Below are positions 15,703-29,460 of a stretch of DNA of 64,000 nucleotides, piece after piece (within the stretch, counting starts at the first letter, position 1; each line of letters starts with the position of its first letter). Origin of the DNA: the human T2T-CHM13v2.0 reference genome, Homo sapiens. Made by a program: the position numbers and the translations under genes. The stretch is from the NCBI RefSeq assembly GCF_009914755.1, contig NC_060931.1; one strand, 5' to 3'. The notes under the pieces are model-generated. The model was not told the origin of the DNA, did not search any database, and was given only the letters and a program-made list of their open reading frames with translations.

Positions 15703-16837
15703 TTATTATACACACCTTTGGTGACTAATTCCAGAAACCTTAAAGATCACACAGTTTTAAATATGAAAAGCCATCATAGCATCTTGAAGATTCTCAAAGA
15801 TACTTTATAAATACTCTTCACAGTAGTCTAAGACGACCACTCTCAAGGTTGAGCCAGAAAACAAGGGGAAAACAGGAGTCCTATTATACATAATGATCTC
15901 ATTTGACCCTTATTTTTGAGCATGAGTTTGAAGTTCATTTTGTTCTTATAAAAGTTTTCTATGTCTTAGGCTTATTAGAAATAGTCAAAACACTGTCATC
16001 TTTTTATTCGGATTACTTTCTTAGTTTAGTTTGGTGTAGTTAATAATTCCATCAGTTATTCTCCAACTACTTAGCTAATAGAAACAGGATACTTCTTATA
16101 TCCGATCCAGCAAAGCCCAGAGTAAGGCTAAGCTTGAAATAACACGCTCAAAAATTACTTTTCTTCTTCAAAGCTGTTGTTAACAAAGTTGTCAGAGAGT
16201 ACACATTTGCAACAGTTTAAAAAATGGTAATAACCGTTCCTAGCACAGACCAACTTGCAAAGGGTTGTATGTCTCTGAAAGTATTCAAAGCTGTAAAATA
16301 TCAGACAAAAGGATCTCCTACTTCTAAATTTTGACTTGAGCTATTCAATCTCATTTTCCCAGAAATAATATGTCAGGTCAGAGGAGAGGAGGTTAATAGA
16401 CCATAATAATAATGAGGCGTCTAGCTCTACCACTGAAGTATAAAATAGAACAGTTAACATTTGGGAATATCAATAAACAGGAAGCTAAAAGCGTTGGTTT
16501 TGAGGTAAGATAAAAGATAGATAATTTGTGGGTAAAACTGCACTTTACAAAATTGGTATCACAACTAAGAACAGGTGAACTTTGCTTGCTCACGTTTTGG
16601 GGCAGTTAGGAAGTGTTAATGTGGAAAGAAAAGATGTAATAGATTCCTAAGGAGAAGGAGAGTGCTGGTCAGTTGAAAAGATACTCACTCACAACATGCC
16701 TCAAACACTTACCATAATTAAGAACTTCATTGAAGGCTCTGCTGCTAGGTAAATATACTTTGAGTTTCAAAGTGATTTTAAGAAGCATATTTTTGGATAC
16801 AAATTTTATTTGGGGGACTACCTCTTAAAATATTCCC

Positions 16838-17055
16838 CTAAGGTATCAAGAAACTTTTCTATTAAAGGGCCACATGGTAAAGTTTTAGGCTTCGCAGTCC
16901 ATACAGTCTGTCACAATTACTACCACCATTTTAATGGGAAAGAAACCATGTATGATACATAAACAAATGAGTATGGCTGTGGTCCAATAAAACTTTATTT
17001 ACAAAAATAAGAAGCAGATCAGATCTGGTCATAGCCTACAGTTTGCTGCACCCAG
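16838..17055 (+). mobile_element. MER58A-like hAT-Charlie DNA transposon
   Basis: aaacttttctattaaagggcc...ggctgtggtccaataaaactttatttacaaaaa...agtttgctgcaccc. Confidence 0.8.
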
Positions 17056-17146
17056 TGGAAAAACGTTAAGCCACCCTATGTATTTTAGTCTATTTTTTAT
17101 GCCCTAAAATTTCTTTGTACAAAAATCTCAACACTATTTTATTTAG

Positions 17147-17349
17147 TTACTTCACGGAAACCAAGGGAAGATGAAAAAGATGGCCAGGCATATAAGTTTG
17201 TGTCACGATCTGAGATGGAAGCAGATATTAAAGCTGGAAAGTATTTGGAACATGGGGAATATGAAGGAAATCTCTATGGAACCAAAATTGATTCTATTCT
17301 TGAGGTTGTCCAAACTGGACGGACTTGCATTCTGGATGTCAACCCACAA
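17147..17349 (+). CDS. PALS2: PALS2/MPP6 coding exon, GUK GMP-binding region (FTSRKPREDEKDGQAYKFVSRSEME...NLYGTKIDSILEVVQTGRTCILDVNPQ)
   Basis: atttag|TT acceptor, CAA|gtaagc donor; 203 nt; guanylate-kinase signature TSR.PR..E.DG..Y.FV and LYGT. Confidence 0.97.
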
Positions 17350-18407
17350 GTAAGCTGCTTGGATTCCAAAGCTGTTTTATATTTTATTTTCTGTGGAGTT
17401 TTTTTCATGTGTGTCGGGGTTGTTGGGTTGGGGTTGTTTGTTTTGTCAGGGTGGAAAGGTGACTCCCTCCATTACCTTTGGGTGATAGAGAATGTTATTA
17501 TGTATACATAGCTAGTTAAATAAATCTCTGAACAATTAGCCAACAGAGGCTTGGGTGGCAATAGAAACTGTGTGATTAGATCTACAATAGAAGTTTAGTA
17601 TGTATTTATTTACCTGTTCAAGTAATGCATAAGTGCTTGTGTTAAGAAATGTTAAGTTTAAAACTCAAGTCTGCAATATAAAGAATAAAAAATTAAAGTC
17701 ACTCCCCCTCCTACCTGACACACATGCACACCTCTACACTATTCATTTTGTCACTCTATATTTCTGTCACCTACCCCTTCCCACTCCGCTACACTCAGCC
17801 CAACCTCACGTCCCTACTCAGAGATAAAAATTGTTAATAGTTTCTTATGTCTCTTTCTAGTCATTTCACTATGCCTTAAATACAAATATATATAAGGTAA
17901 TGGGTTTTCTGTTTTTGTTGTTTCTTTTTACATAAATGGAAAAATTCTATATAGATTCTTCAGGGGTTTTATTAAATAGAACTATTCCTTGGAGATCTTT
18001 TTGTGGTAGTTACTGTAGAGCTTTTTTTCTTTGTAATTGCTATATAGTATGAATATATATTCATTTAACCACTCTCCAATTAATCAACATTGAGGTTATT
18101 TCTACTTTTTGAGTATTAACAGAATTCTACAATTAACATAAAAAAGAGTTTACATCACTCTTGATGATTTTTGGATCATTGTTTTATACTTTGTTCAAGA
18201 GGAACAGACTGAGTTCAAAACAAAATAAATGGATCACTGTTTTAAGAAAGTACTATATGGAATGAGAAGGACAGAACAGGGATAAGTATTAAGTTATGTC
18301 CTTTAATTCATAGAACAAGTGCAAACAGCCTTTGATATATACTAAAGGGTAGCAGAATTCTAGTTCTAATATTGTATAAATTGGCTTATAATTATTCTTT
18401 TACACAG

Positions 18408-18536
18408 GCACTGAAAGTATTGAGGACATCAGAGTTTATGCCCTATGTGGTATTTATTGCGGCTCCGGAGCTAGAGACGTTACGTGCCATGCACAAGGCT
18501 GTGGTGGATGCAGGAATCACTACCAAGCTTCTGACC
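18408..18536 (+). CDS. PALS2: PALS2/MPP6 coding exon, GUK (ALKVLRTSEFMPYVVFIAAPELETLRAMHKAVVDAGITTKLLT)
   Basis: tacacag|GCA acceptor, ACC|gtgagc donor; 129 nt, phase 0-0. Confidence 0.96.
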
Positions 18537-18606
18537 GTGAGCTAACCATACGATTTTCCTTCTAAAATCTTTCCTTTTCTTTTGAGCATGTTTAACTGTT
18601 ATCTAA

Positions 18607-18921
<315 letters not shown>

Positions 18922-21900
18922 TAATTATGCTTATGAAATAAACATGCTATATAAGGTGCTACAGAATGAAAATTAATTAGATGTAGTTAGGATCTGGAAC
19001 AGTATTCTTTTACTTGAAAATCATTGTACACTTTATTTTAAATCAAAAGTTTAGTTCCCCTTTGTAAAATGAAATGGACCAATATTAAAATATGCGTATT
19101 AATTGAACGCCTTCATTTTACTAGTGGGGTAACTGGGCTCCGAGATCATTAACAGGCATGTTTATTATATGGTTTATCATTGGTAAAGTGGGGTGTTCTG
19201 ATGTTTAGTTTCTATTACATGTTTTTTCCTTTTTTTCCTGTCTACTTTTTTACTTAATGGAAATTCAAAAATATATACAAAAGAGGGAATAAATGAGTCC
19301 CTATGCCGATCGCCTAGCTTCAATAATCGTGGCAATTTCTTGTTTTAATTAGACCCCTCCCCACTTCCTCCTCACCTTGAATTATTTTGAAGCAAATCTT
19401 TGATATCATGTCATCTGTAAATACTTCAGTATTTATATCTAAGAGATAAAGACATTTAAAACATACCATTAATACAACAAAAATTAATAAGCAGTATCTT
19501 ACTATCATCTACATGCAGTCTATATTTGAGTTTCTCCAAGATTTTTTTTTTTTTTTTTTTACTGTTGATTTGTTCAAATAAGGATTCAAACAAGATCAAC
19601 ACATTGAATTTACTCATTGTCACCTAAATCTTTTGCCAGCTTAATTGAGGTATAATTGACACATAATAAGCTGTGCCTACCTAACATGTACAGCTTGATC
19701 AGTTTGGCCACATATTTGTACTCATGAAAGCCATTACAACCAAAATAATGAACATGTCCATCATCTCCACACATTCGCCTGTGCTCCTTTGTAACCTGCT
19801 CCCCACACCCTTCCCCCTACCACTGTCACCTTTTCCCCTCACTGTACTTGATTATATGCCATGAAATCAGGTAGTATTAGTTTTCTTTGTTCTTTTTCAA
19901 GTTGATCCATGTCTCTACTTTCTGAACGTATGAAACATAGTGTTTAATGTCTTTGCAGGTTCTAACATTTGAGTCAGTTCTGGATTGGTTTTGATTGAAT
20001 GATTTTTCTCTTTATTATGAGTATATCTTCCTGCTTCTTTGCAATCCTGGGAACTTTCTTTGGATGCCAGACATTGTGAGCTTTGTTCTAGGATGCAGTT
20101 ATTTGGAAATAGTTTGTTTTTTTCAGGTCTCACTTTTTAAATGTGTTAGGTAAGACCCAAGCAGTTCTCATTTTAGGGCCAGTTAATCCCCACAAATAAG
20201 GCAAGACCCATTTGGTACTCCTACCACAGGGCTTGTGAGTCATGAGATTTTCTGTTCTGGCTAAGGGGGAATAGGTACCATTCCTGGGTACCTCTAATCC
20301 TTTCTGGTGGTTCTTTCTCAGCTTCAGGTCGTTGTACCAATGTGCAGGTTGGTACTTCAGCCGAATGCTGGAAGGAGACCTTCTACAAGTCTCCAAAGTC
20401 TGTCTGTGCTGCTCTTCCCCTCTGGCATTCCGTCCTGCAAACTCTTGCCACCTGGGTCTCCCTGGACTCAGCTCTGTCCTCAACTCAAGAGTCCTGTAGG
20501 CTCCTTTGGGCTCACTCTCCCCATCCTACTGCCCAGAAACTCTTTCAAGCCAGGAAGCTGGGGTAATCATAAGAGTCACTTCATTTGTTTTCTGTCTTTC
20601 TATGATCTGTTTTTAATACCTTGATGTATAGTGTCTTAAAAAGTGTTGTTTGATACATTTTGTCCATAAATTAATTGTTAGGTGGGAGAGTTAGTCTGGT
20701 GCCTGTTATTCCACCTTGGCTAAAAGCAGACATCCCTTTAAATCTGTAAATTCTCACTGCCACCCTCCCTTCCCTCTCTTTTCACATTGTACTTTAGTTG
20801 TTAAAATAATAATAATAATAATAAGTCACTTATCCTACAGCATGTTCCATAGTCTGGATTTTACCCATTCTGTCCCCATTGTATCATTTTCCTCTATCCC
20901 TTCTATTTCCTGTAAACTGATAGGTTGATCTAGAGGTTGGTCAGACACAGATTCAGGTTATTCAGGTTTTTGGTTGGTTGGTTTTTGCAAGAATAATTCA
21001 TAGGTGGTACTTGTTTTATTAACATCATGAGGCATATGTCAGGCTTTTTGTCATAAGATTAATCAGTGGGGTCAGAAGTTGTTAGCCTGATCTATAAAGT
21101 TCCTCAGTAACTCTTTACCTACTGGTTTTAGCAAACTTTATTGATCTTTGCCTTGGATAAATTATATTTTTAGGGATGGCAAGGTGGTAGTATTCTAAAT
21201 TTGTCATTCCTTCTACATTTATAAACTAGAATTCTTAAGAAGAACTTTTCCTCATCAAGTAGTTGATTATTCTGAGGTACGATTGATACAGGAAAGGCAG
21301 GATACATCTTTGATACTGTCCTTTGTAGGTCAGCTTTCAGAATAATGAGTTTATTCCCCAAGAGCCTCTAGAGGTAACAGGTGACCAGCTGAGATTGGCT
21401 TTGTTTTTTTAGTTTCATGAGCACGTATGTTCAAACTTATCTGGTGTGCTTTATTCTGTTGCAGTGATTATTTTTATTGATGCTAAGATTGTCCCATCAT
21501 TGACCAATAGGAGCTTATTCTAGTTGGCCCTTGAGACCTTTTTTTTTTTTCATGACGCTGATAGTCTTGGATAGCTTCCTTGCTATCTGGTAGAACAAAT
21601 GTTCCAGGCTCATCTTGTACATTTTCTGTTCTAGGCCAGGAATCAGCCATTTTTCCAAGATACTCTGGTTTCTTTTAGGGTAAATGGTGTTTTAAGACCA
21701 TAATACTAACAGTGCCCATTGTCACATAGTTGATCACTGCTTCTTGCTAGACCTTTTTATGTGGACAGTGCTAGCATATATGCTTTTCTGTTTGTATATT
21801 TGAAGGAAAATATATCATGAATTTATTCTGATATTTTCCAATCAAATTCAAGATTACAGGATTTTTATTTAACTTATTTTATCTTATATGTCTAATTCCT

Positions 21901-22106
21901 TTCTCTTATGCTGAATATCCCTTCTCATAACACTGGAAATGTTAGAATTAGAATATCAAATAATTGCTCATTTGCTTTATTCTACAGTACAAACACAACA
22001 TTCTGGGAATAAGTATATCAACATAACCACCACTAGTATCATTACTGTGAACAGTCCCCCCAACTGCCCACCTAGGTCTTTCTGTCTTTAGAGTATATCC
22101 CACTAA

Positions 22107-22395
<289 letters not shown>

Positions 22396-22957
22396 TAATG
22401 TTTAAATTGTTGTGTCTTCAGCAGTAGGAGCCTATTCAACTTGGCTTCTGAGTCTTTTTAACATGATTCTAGTAATGTCTGATAATTCCTTGCTTTCTGA
22501 TATGACAAGATGTTCCAGATTATTCTACATTTCCTGGCCCAGACCTGGAACCAGCCATCCAGAAGCCCTTGTTTCTTTTAGTGGGAGATAGCATTTAAAG
22601 ATAATTCAGTCAGTAAGGGTGTACATTAAACTTAGTTGGACATTGTTTTTAGACCTTTTCAGTAACCAGAAGTAGGAAATAAATTTTTTGTTTTTAGAAA
22701 ACATACATCATTAGTTCAATTTGATAGCTTCAAATGAAATTTTACATTATTCTTCTTGGGCTTTATATTTGCCTTTTTTTCCTCTTATCCTGAAAACCTT
22801 GGTTCCTGATGATAACATCATTTCTTAACTTACATGTATATAAATATAAATAAACTAAGCACATATGTAATTTGAGTTATATCTGTATTAACAATATGAT
22901 TATTGAAAAGTTTTAAGTTCCAGGCTTTTATTGTTCTTAGGATATATCCCACTAGAT

Positions 22958-23201
22958 TTTTTTTTTCCTTCAACTTTTGTTTTAAGTTCCGGGGTGCATG
23001 TACAGGATGTGCGGGTTTGTTACATAGGTGAATGTGTGCCGTGGTGGTTTGCCGCACAGATCAACCCATCATCTAGGTATTTAGCCCAACATCCATTAGC
23101 TATTCTTCCTGATGCTCTCTCTTCCTCGTGCTCCCACCCTGACAGGCCCCAATGTGTGTTAATCCCACCATGTGTTCTTATTGTACACCTCCCACTTATA
23201 A
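22958..23201 (-). mobile_element. Short L1PA 3'-end insertion
   Basis: ggggtgcatgtacaggatgtgcgggtttgttacatagg; TSD CCCACTAGAT at 22948-22957 and 23202-23211. Confidence 0.88.
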
Positions 23202-23839
23202 CCCACTAGATATTATCTTCTTTTAAAGCCACTGAAATAATTCCTTGCTGTGTGGTTAAACCACCAACTTGAAACACAGGTTTATTTGTTTTATTTTGCT
23301 TCTGATTTTTAAGAATGGCTGTAATTTGAATTTAAATTTTGTTGTATAATTCTATACAACATTTTCATTGCTCCAACATAAATCTTAAAACGAATCCAGC
23401 TTTTCTGTGCCCTCTCCACTTTGTTTCCTCCCACCCACATAGGCTGCCATTATTGGTAGCCATTTTACCATGTTAGTTTCCAGTATAAGCAAGTGTGCCT
23501 GTGTCTCCTCCTCCCCCCCATTTTATACATAAATCATACCTTATGTACAAAATGTGCCTGCATTTTTCCAATACCAGTATATCCTAGAGACCACTCTATA
23601 GCCAGAGAGAGAATCTTTATTCCTGTTCCATCTGTATGGCATACTCCGTTATTGTTAACAGGGTTTTTTTTTTTTTTTTTTTTTAACAAATCAGATTGCT
23701 AATAGGCAAGAATTGCTTTCAAGTTGAAATGTGGCCTGTTTACATATCTGTGATCAAAGATATTTTAGCTGTTTCAAACTCATTTAGAAGTCTCAGTATC
23801 AGCTGAAATGTAAGTATTAGGGTCCTTCAGGCCTGGCAG

Positions 23840-24785
23840 TGAATCCACTTCTCTCTCTACACTTTCTACACAAATGACATTGTTGAGTGCTTCCATCAAC
23901 ATCATTTACATTCATGCCATTGTTATGCTAATGATTTATATACAGCTAGCCCAGACCTCAGAGCTCTGATTTGCATAACCAGTCGCCTGCTGTACATCTC
24001 CACTTGGATGTCTCACAGACATCTTAAGCTTACCATATTACAAAGTAGCACACTTTGTTTCCCCCAGAAATTATGCTCTCCCTACCCCTCAACTCTGTAT
24101 CTCCCACAGCCACCCATTTACCTAAGTTAGAAACCTAAGAGCAATTCTTGACTCATTCATTTTCCTCCCTTTTCAAATCCTGGATGATGTAAAAAGCTAA
24201 TCCTGATTATTTTATCACCAAAATAAATTTACAGTCTGGTGTCATTTTCATCTCCTCTGTCACCATCATAACCTAGGCAACCCTTCTCTCTGACCTGGAT
24301 TCCTGCCATCAGTCTCCCTGCTTCCACTCATGTCATGCCACATTTTCACTCAAGGCCCACAGAGGTCTTTCCATCTCGTAGGGGTCCTCCATGACTTACC
24401 TTGTTTCCCAACCCTTCACCCATTCTGGTCTTCTTTCAGTATCTTGAACGTGCCAGGGTCGTTTCCTTCCTCTGGATTTTGCCCTGCTGTTTCCTCTGCC
24501 TGAATGCTGACCTCCTTATTTTCATTTAGTTCTCAGCTTAACTGTAATTTACTACTCAGTCTTTTTCCAATCACTTTATCTAAAGTAGATCTCTTAAAAT
24601 TCTTTGTGCCTGTTTTGTTTCTTTCATGGTAGTTATCACAACTTGGTATTTCTTATGTTTATTTCCACTTTATCTCCTCCACTAAAGGATAGGAACCCTC
24701 TCTCTTATTCATTGTCATACCCACTGATTCTGAAACATAGTAGACACCTTAATAGGAACTCAATAAATATTTGTAGAATATGTAG
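23840..24785 (+). mobile_element. L2 3' fragment
   Basis: catctccacttggatgtctcacag...ctcaataaatatttgtagaat is typical of L2. Confidence 0.75.
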
Positions 24786-25453
24786 AGGTATAGTGAAATT
24801 CAAAACACCATCTTACGAAAAGCTTTACTTATGTAGAACCCATTGCTTATGTACTCCCCACATCATTCCAAAATGACTAAAATTACTTTATGAAATATAA
24901 ACAGTGCCTGGACAAAAACATAAATAAAAGTATGTGAGTATGTGTTTTGGTGGAGGATGGGCAGCATGTAAGGTTAATCTTCAAAAAACACTTCTAAGAT
25001 TCTCTGATCTTATAGAGAGGTAGCAAGTTTGGCTTTGAGCTTAACAGCCACTGCAAATTGGGTACCATGTTGTACATGGGCCATGAGATAAAAATCTTTC
25101 GAAAAGGATGATATAGTGGAGCTGGAAACCAGTCACCTGCAGTAATTGTTTTGTTACTGTAGATTCATTCCAAGATTATTTTCAGCAGTCTTTTAATTAG
25201 GAATTTTATCCTAATATAAGTGAGGCAAAAGATGCAGAATACTCATAAATGTAAACATGAGTGTTGTTGGAAAGAATAAGACATGAACAGATGGCAGTGT
25301 TGTCTTTAACACTATATGGATTAGATTTTGAAGATTAATACCAGAATTACCAGAAATATATCTAACCTATTTATTATATTCACTTCTAGTTGGAGTTTGA
25401 GCAAGTAAATATGCATTGTAATACAAACATTTCCTTTTAAAACTCTTCAACAG

Positions 25454-25630
25454 GACTCTGACTTGAAGAAAACAGTGGATGAAAGTGCACGGATTCAGAG
25501 AGCATACAACCACTATTTTGATTTGATCATCATAAATGATAATCTAGACAAAGCCTTTGAAAAACTGCAAACTGCCATAGAGAAACTGAGAATGGAACCA
25601 CAGTGGGTCCCAATCAGCTGGGTTTACTGA
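25454..25630 (+). CDS. PALS2: PALS2/MPP6 terminal coding exon (DSDLKKTVDESARIQRAYNHYFDLIIINDNLDKAFEKLQTAIEKLRMEPQWVPISWVY*)
   Basis: caacag|GAC acceptor; TGA at 25628-25630; conserved MPP C-terminus WVP.SWVY. Confidence 0.97.
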   Translation, partial: DSDLKKTVDESARIQRAYNHYFDLIIINDNLDKAFEKLQTAIEKLRMEPQWVPISWVY

Positions 25631-26824
25631 TGATTCAGTAAGGTTAACAATGAAAATTAAACTCTTAAAAAGTGACTGCAACAAATAAACCTTCTACTGA
25701 GAAAATACATCACAGATAGAAGATTATCTGCTAAGTCCAGGCATTTTTATGGTGTAGATTGAAATAATAGTACACTTCTGAATTTTTATATAAAATGTGG
25801 TTGGAAGGTGTACTAATATATAATTTATCTTAATTTTTCTAACTTTGTATGGATAATCTTTCTATTCATATCACATAAAGAAATGCGTTGAAGCATTTTG
25901 TATATGTTTTGATTTAGTACCCTTGCCTTTTTCATCAAAGGAATTTTCAAATCATTCACTCTAACATTGGTCTCATATTTTCACTGTGATAATGAATATT
26001 ACTTGAAATAGTTTTGTAAAGCTGTCATTTAGTTCAGTATTCAAATAGTGAAGGGTTAGTCTTAATAGAAGAAAATATAGTTATTGACCTTCCTTCTTAT
26101 AAATTTCTTACAAAAGCAGAATTTTAAGTCAGTGTTATAGCTAGTCTACTACCATCTAAATCTGACATCAAAAGTCTGATCAGTTTACGTATTTTCATTA
26201 TTTCGGAGATGTATGGCTATCCATTCTAATTTATACAGCTATATTAGTTTTGTCTCTTCATTTCTATCTTTACTGAAAAATTGAAGAGCAATACCTTGCA
26301 CTCTCTTTTGAGGTTATTCTTTTTATTTGTTGCAGTGATATGATGCTAACTAATTTAACATGTACACAGTAAGCTCTGGGGCTGGAAGCAAGGTCATGCA
26401 GACTGAGAGAGTGCCTTATCCTGTAAAACCTTACAGCAAAATGACACTTGAAGAAAGTTTATTTTCACATGTAAAATTTTGACTGACAAAAGGAACCTAC
26501 TACTTTAAACAATGGTTTTATTAGAACATGGTCAGCAAATGTATCATGCCTCTGCAAATTTTAGTGATGTTTAGAGATGCCTCTAAGTTTGCAGTTGGAG
26601 GTTTTTGTGCTTTTAGAAATGTGATGTGATCCTTAGGGTACCTGTTTTGTCTGTTGTGTTGAGAACCAAACCCATTGAACAACTTAAAAAATTGGGAAAT
26701 AATTGTCAGCTATTTTGTATACATACACACAAAATATATACATTATATAATATGTATATTATGTATTATATAATATATATAAAATGTTTTGTATATTTTT
26801 TACATATCTGTTAAAAAATGTACT

Positions 26825-27129
26825 TTGTTTTTTTGTTTGTTTGTTTTGAGATGGAGTCTCTCTCTGTCACCCATGCTGGAGTACAGTGGCGCGATCTCAG
26901 CCCGCTGCAACCTCTGCCTCCTGGGTTCATGCGACTCTCGTGCCTCAGCCTCCCAAGTAATTGAGATTACAGTTGGGTGCCACCATGTCCGGCTAATTTT
27001 TGTATTTTTAGTACAGATGGGGTTTCACCATGTTGGCCAGGGTGGTCTCGAGCTCCTGACCTCAAGTGATCCACCCACCTTGGCCTCCCAAAGTGCTGAG
27101 ATTACAAGCATGAGCCACTGCACCTAGCC
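26825..27129 (-). mobile_element. Alu (S family) within the PALS2 3'UTR
   Basis: Antisense Alu with (TTTG)n tail; flanked by AA(A/G)TGTACTTT repeats. Confidence 0.95.
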
Positions 27130-29405
27130 AAGAAGTGTACTTTTTGTTTAATGATTACCGAAAGAAGTTCTCCTTTAGAAGCATTGACTTATACAAATTC
27201 CCACATTCACCTCAGTTAATATCTTCCTTTAGGATTCTTGGATAATAGAAATTCTTCCTAAAACATACTCAGAGATGCAGCTCATTATTAAATTAAGGTA
27301 ACCACATTCTGTATTGTTGCTAGCTTTTCATGTAAACATTATTCACACTTTAAAGGATTAGGTGTTTAAATATTGATGGTCATCTTTGTCTGGTGTTAGG
27401 TGCCAGACACCTGGCTGCTGAATTTGTTTTTTCCCTCACCAAAGTTGTCATTTGGAACGCCAGCTGGGAGGACTTTGAAGGAAAAGAAAATATATGACAA
27501 TAGGCAGTATTGACACATTGTTTAAAATCTTTTTCACAATAAAACAAAACACCCAAGTTGTCATATTGTTAAAGTTGGAAATCTATAGGTTTTTCTTTTT
27601 TTTTTTTTTTTTCTTTTTTTGATTCTAGATTTCATGGCCAGAACACAAATTCACGTTTCTTGTCCTAGGACAGGGAATTGGTGACAAAATGGATTATACT
27701 ATTTTAATAACAGTGGAAACTTTCAAACTACATGTGTTTACACCAAATTCTTGGCTTCTCAAAGCAACATGAATTAAAGCACAGTATCAAGGTGATGCCC
27801 TATGACAATGTTTCAACACACACTTGAAATTTTAAGAGAAATTTCAGTTCTTCACTCAGGAAATGTGCTGTATTCTCTAATGTACTTTCATGCTGCAGCA
27901 TGGAGCCTCTTTAAACAGCTTTGGGATAATTATAGCAGCACAAGAAGTTTATCTGCAAAATATTTCAATCATCTTGGTACAATAGATGACTTTTACATCA
28001 TGTATATTAGCCTTATGTGATATAAAATGTATTACTTAGAAAATATACTTAAAGGAATTATTTCTATTATAAATGGTATTCATGATTGACTACTTAATTA
28101 ATGCACATTAGATTTCTCCTAATATAAAATGAAATGATGCAGTTTAGTTCATTTCAGTCTAGATGCCCGTACTAACAAGAATACAGTTAGATAAGTTCAT
28201 TGTATCTCAATGAAGAATCATTGAACTTGAAACCCAAGTCCCAAATGAATCTGCAGGAATGAGCAGTGCTCTGCGGGGGCAAACAGCCCCAGAGGTCCCA
28301 GGGTTCTTCCTAGGTAATGAGAGTATAGCTGTGATCAAGGAAATGTGAACTTCTCTTTTGGGAAGATCTGCGATAATTAGCTTTATGGAAGCGAAAATGG
28401 TTTAGAGTGGTGTTGAGCAATTGTTAAGAGTTGAAATAGACACACACATGCATGTGCTTTTGGGAAACATGATGTGCCAACGTATTAATGTGCCTGAGGG
28501 CTCCTTGTGGATAGGTCAGTGTCCACATTTCAGCACTCAGGGCATGACTGTACACAACCTAAGACTATATATATATTTTTTCATTTTCAAATGTACAAAT
28601 ACCCATAGAGGTGATGTGCCTGGATAAGTCATTTAACCATAGCTTAGTGAAATAAATGTGATGGCCCTAAAAAGTAGAATTTTCACTTTCATTACAGCCA
28701 TGCCTTTATTATGCAGTCTCCATTTCTGTGTGATATTTGGTAATATCACATGTCAAATACATCAGGACTTTGTTTATTTTGGCTAACTCTAACTATACAA
28801 TTGCTGAACATAGCTTTCTGAAATAGAAATTATAAGAGAAACCCAGTATGCCTACAGCATTAGTAGCCTAAATCCTAGATTCTAGAATCCAATAAATTTA
28901 TAGTAGTTCTTAAGAAGTTTCCTTTAAAGCAACAAATAGATTATTAAGGCAAATTTAGATAATAACCCAAGTTAGCAATAAAACCATGTGACATTATAGA
29001 TTATGTCCAGATACTAACTGCTTTGACCATAATATCCCAATGACAATAAAAAATGATCCTTGGTTTAAAAATTATTAAATGGTACTTATTTTTATGTATA
29101 ACAAGTGTCATGATCCCAGTGACTGGAGTTGATTTTCAAGGTGGATAGCCATAGAGTTAGGTAAAATTATTTTGAATTGGCAAACTAAAGATAACAATTT
29201 TGAAAATTGCTCAAAATAATAATCTACTTAAATTTTACTTTTGTAACTTCTGAAACAGTACTCCATTATCCAGAAATCACAGGCTAGAGAGCCAATAATT
29301 TTGTAGTAATGAACCTTAACTAAACATGAAAAAGGCAATCCTGAAGTTTTATGTACATAGATAGCAGTTCATTTTTTAAATGTTCGAGTTGCCATATATT
29401 ATGTA

Positions 29406-29457
<52 letters not shown>
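29406..29457. repeat. Compound microsatellite (TG)8(TA)18
   Basis: Read directly from the sequence. Confidence 0.95.
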
Positions 29458-29460
<3 letters not shown>
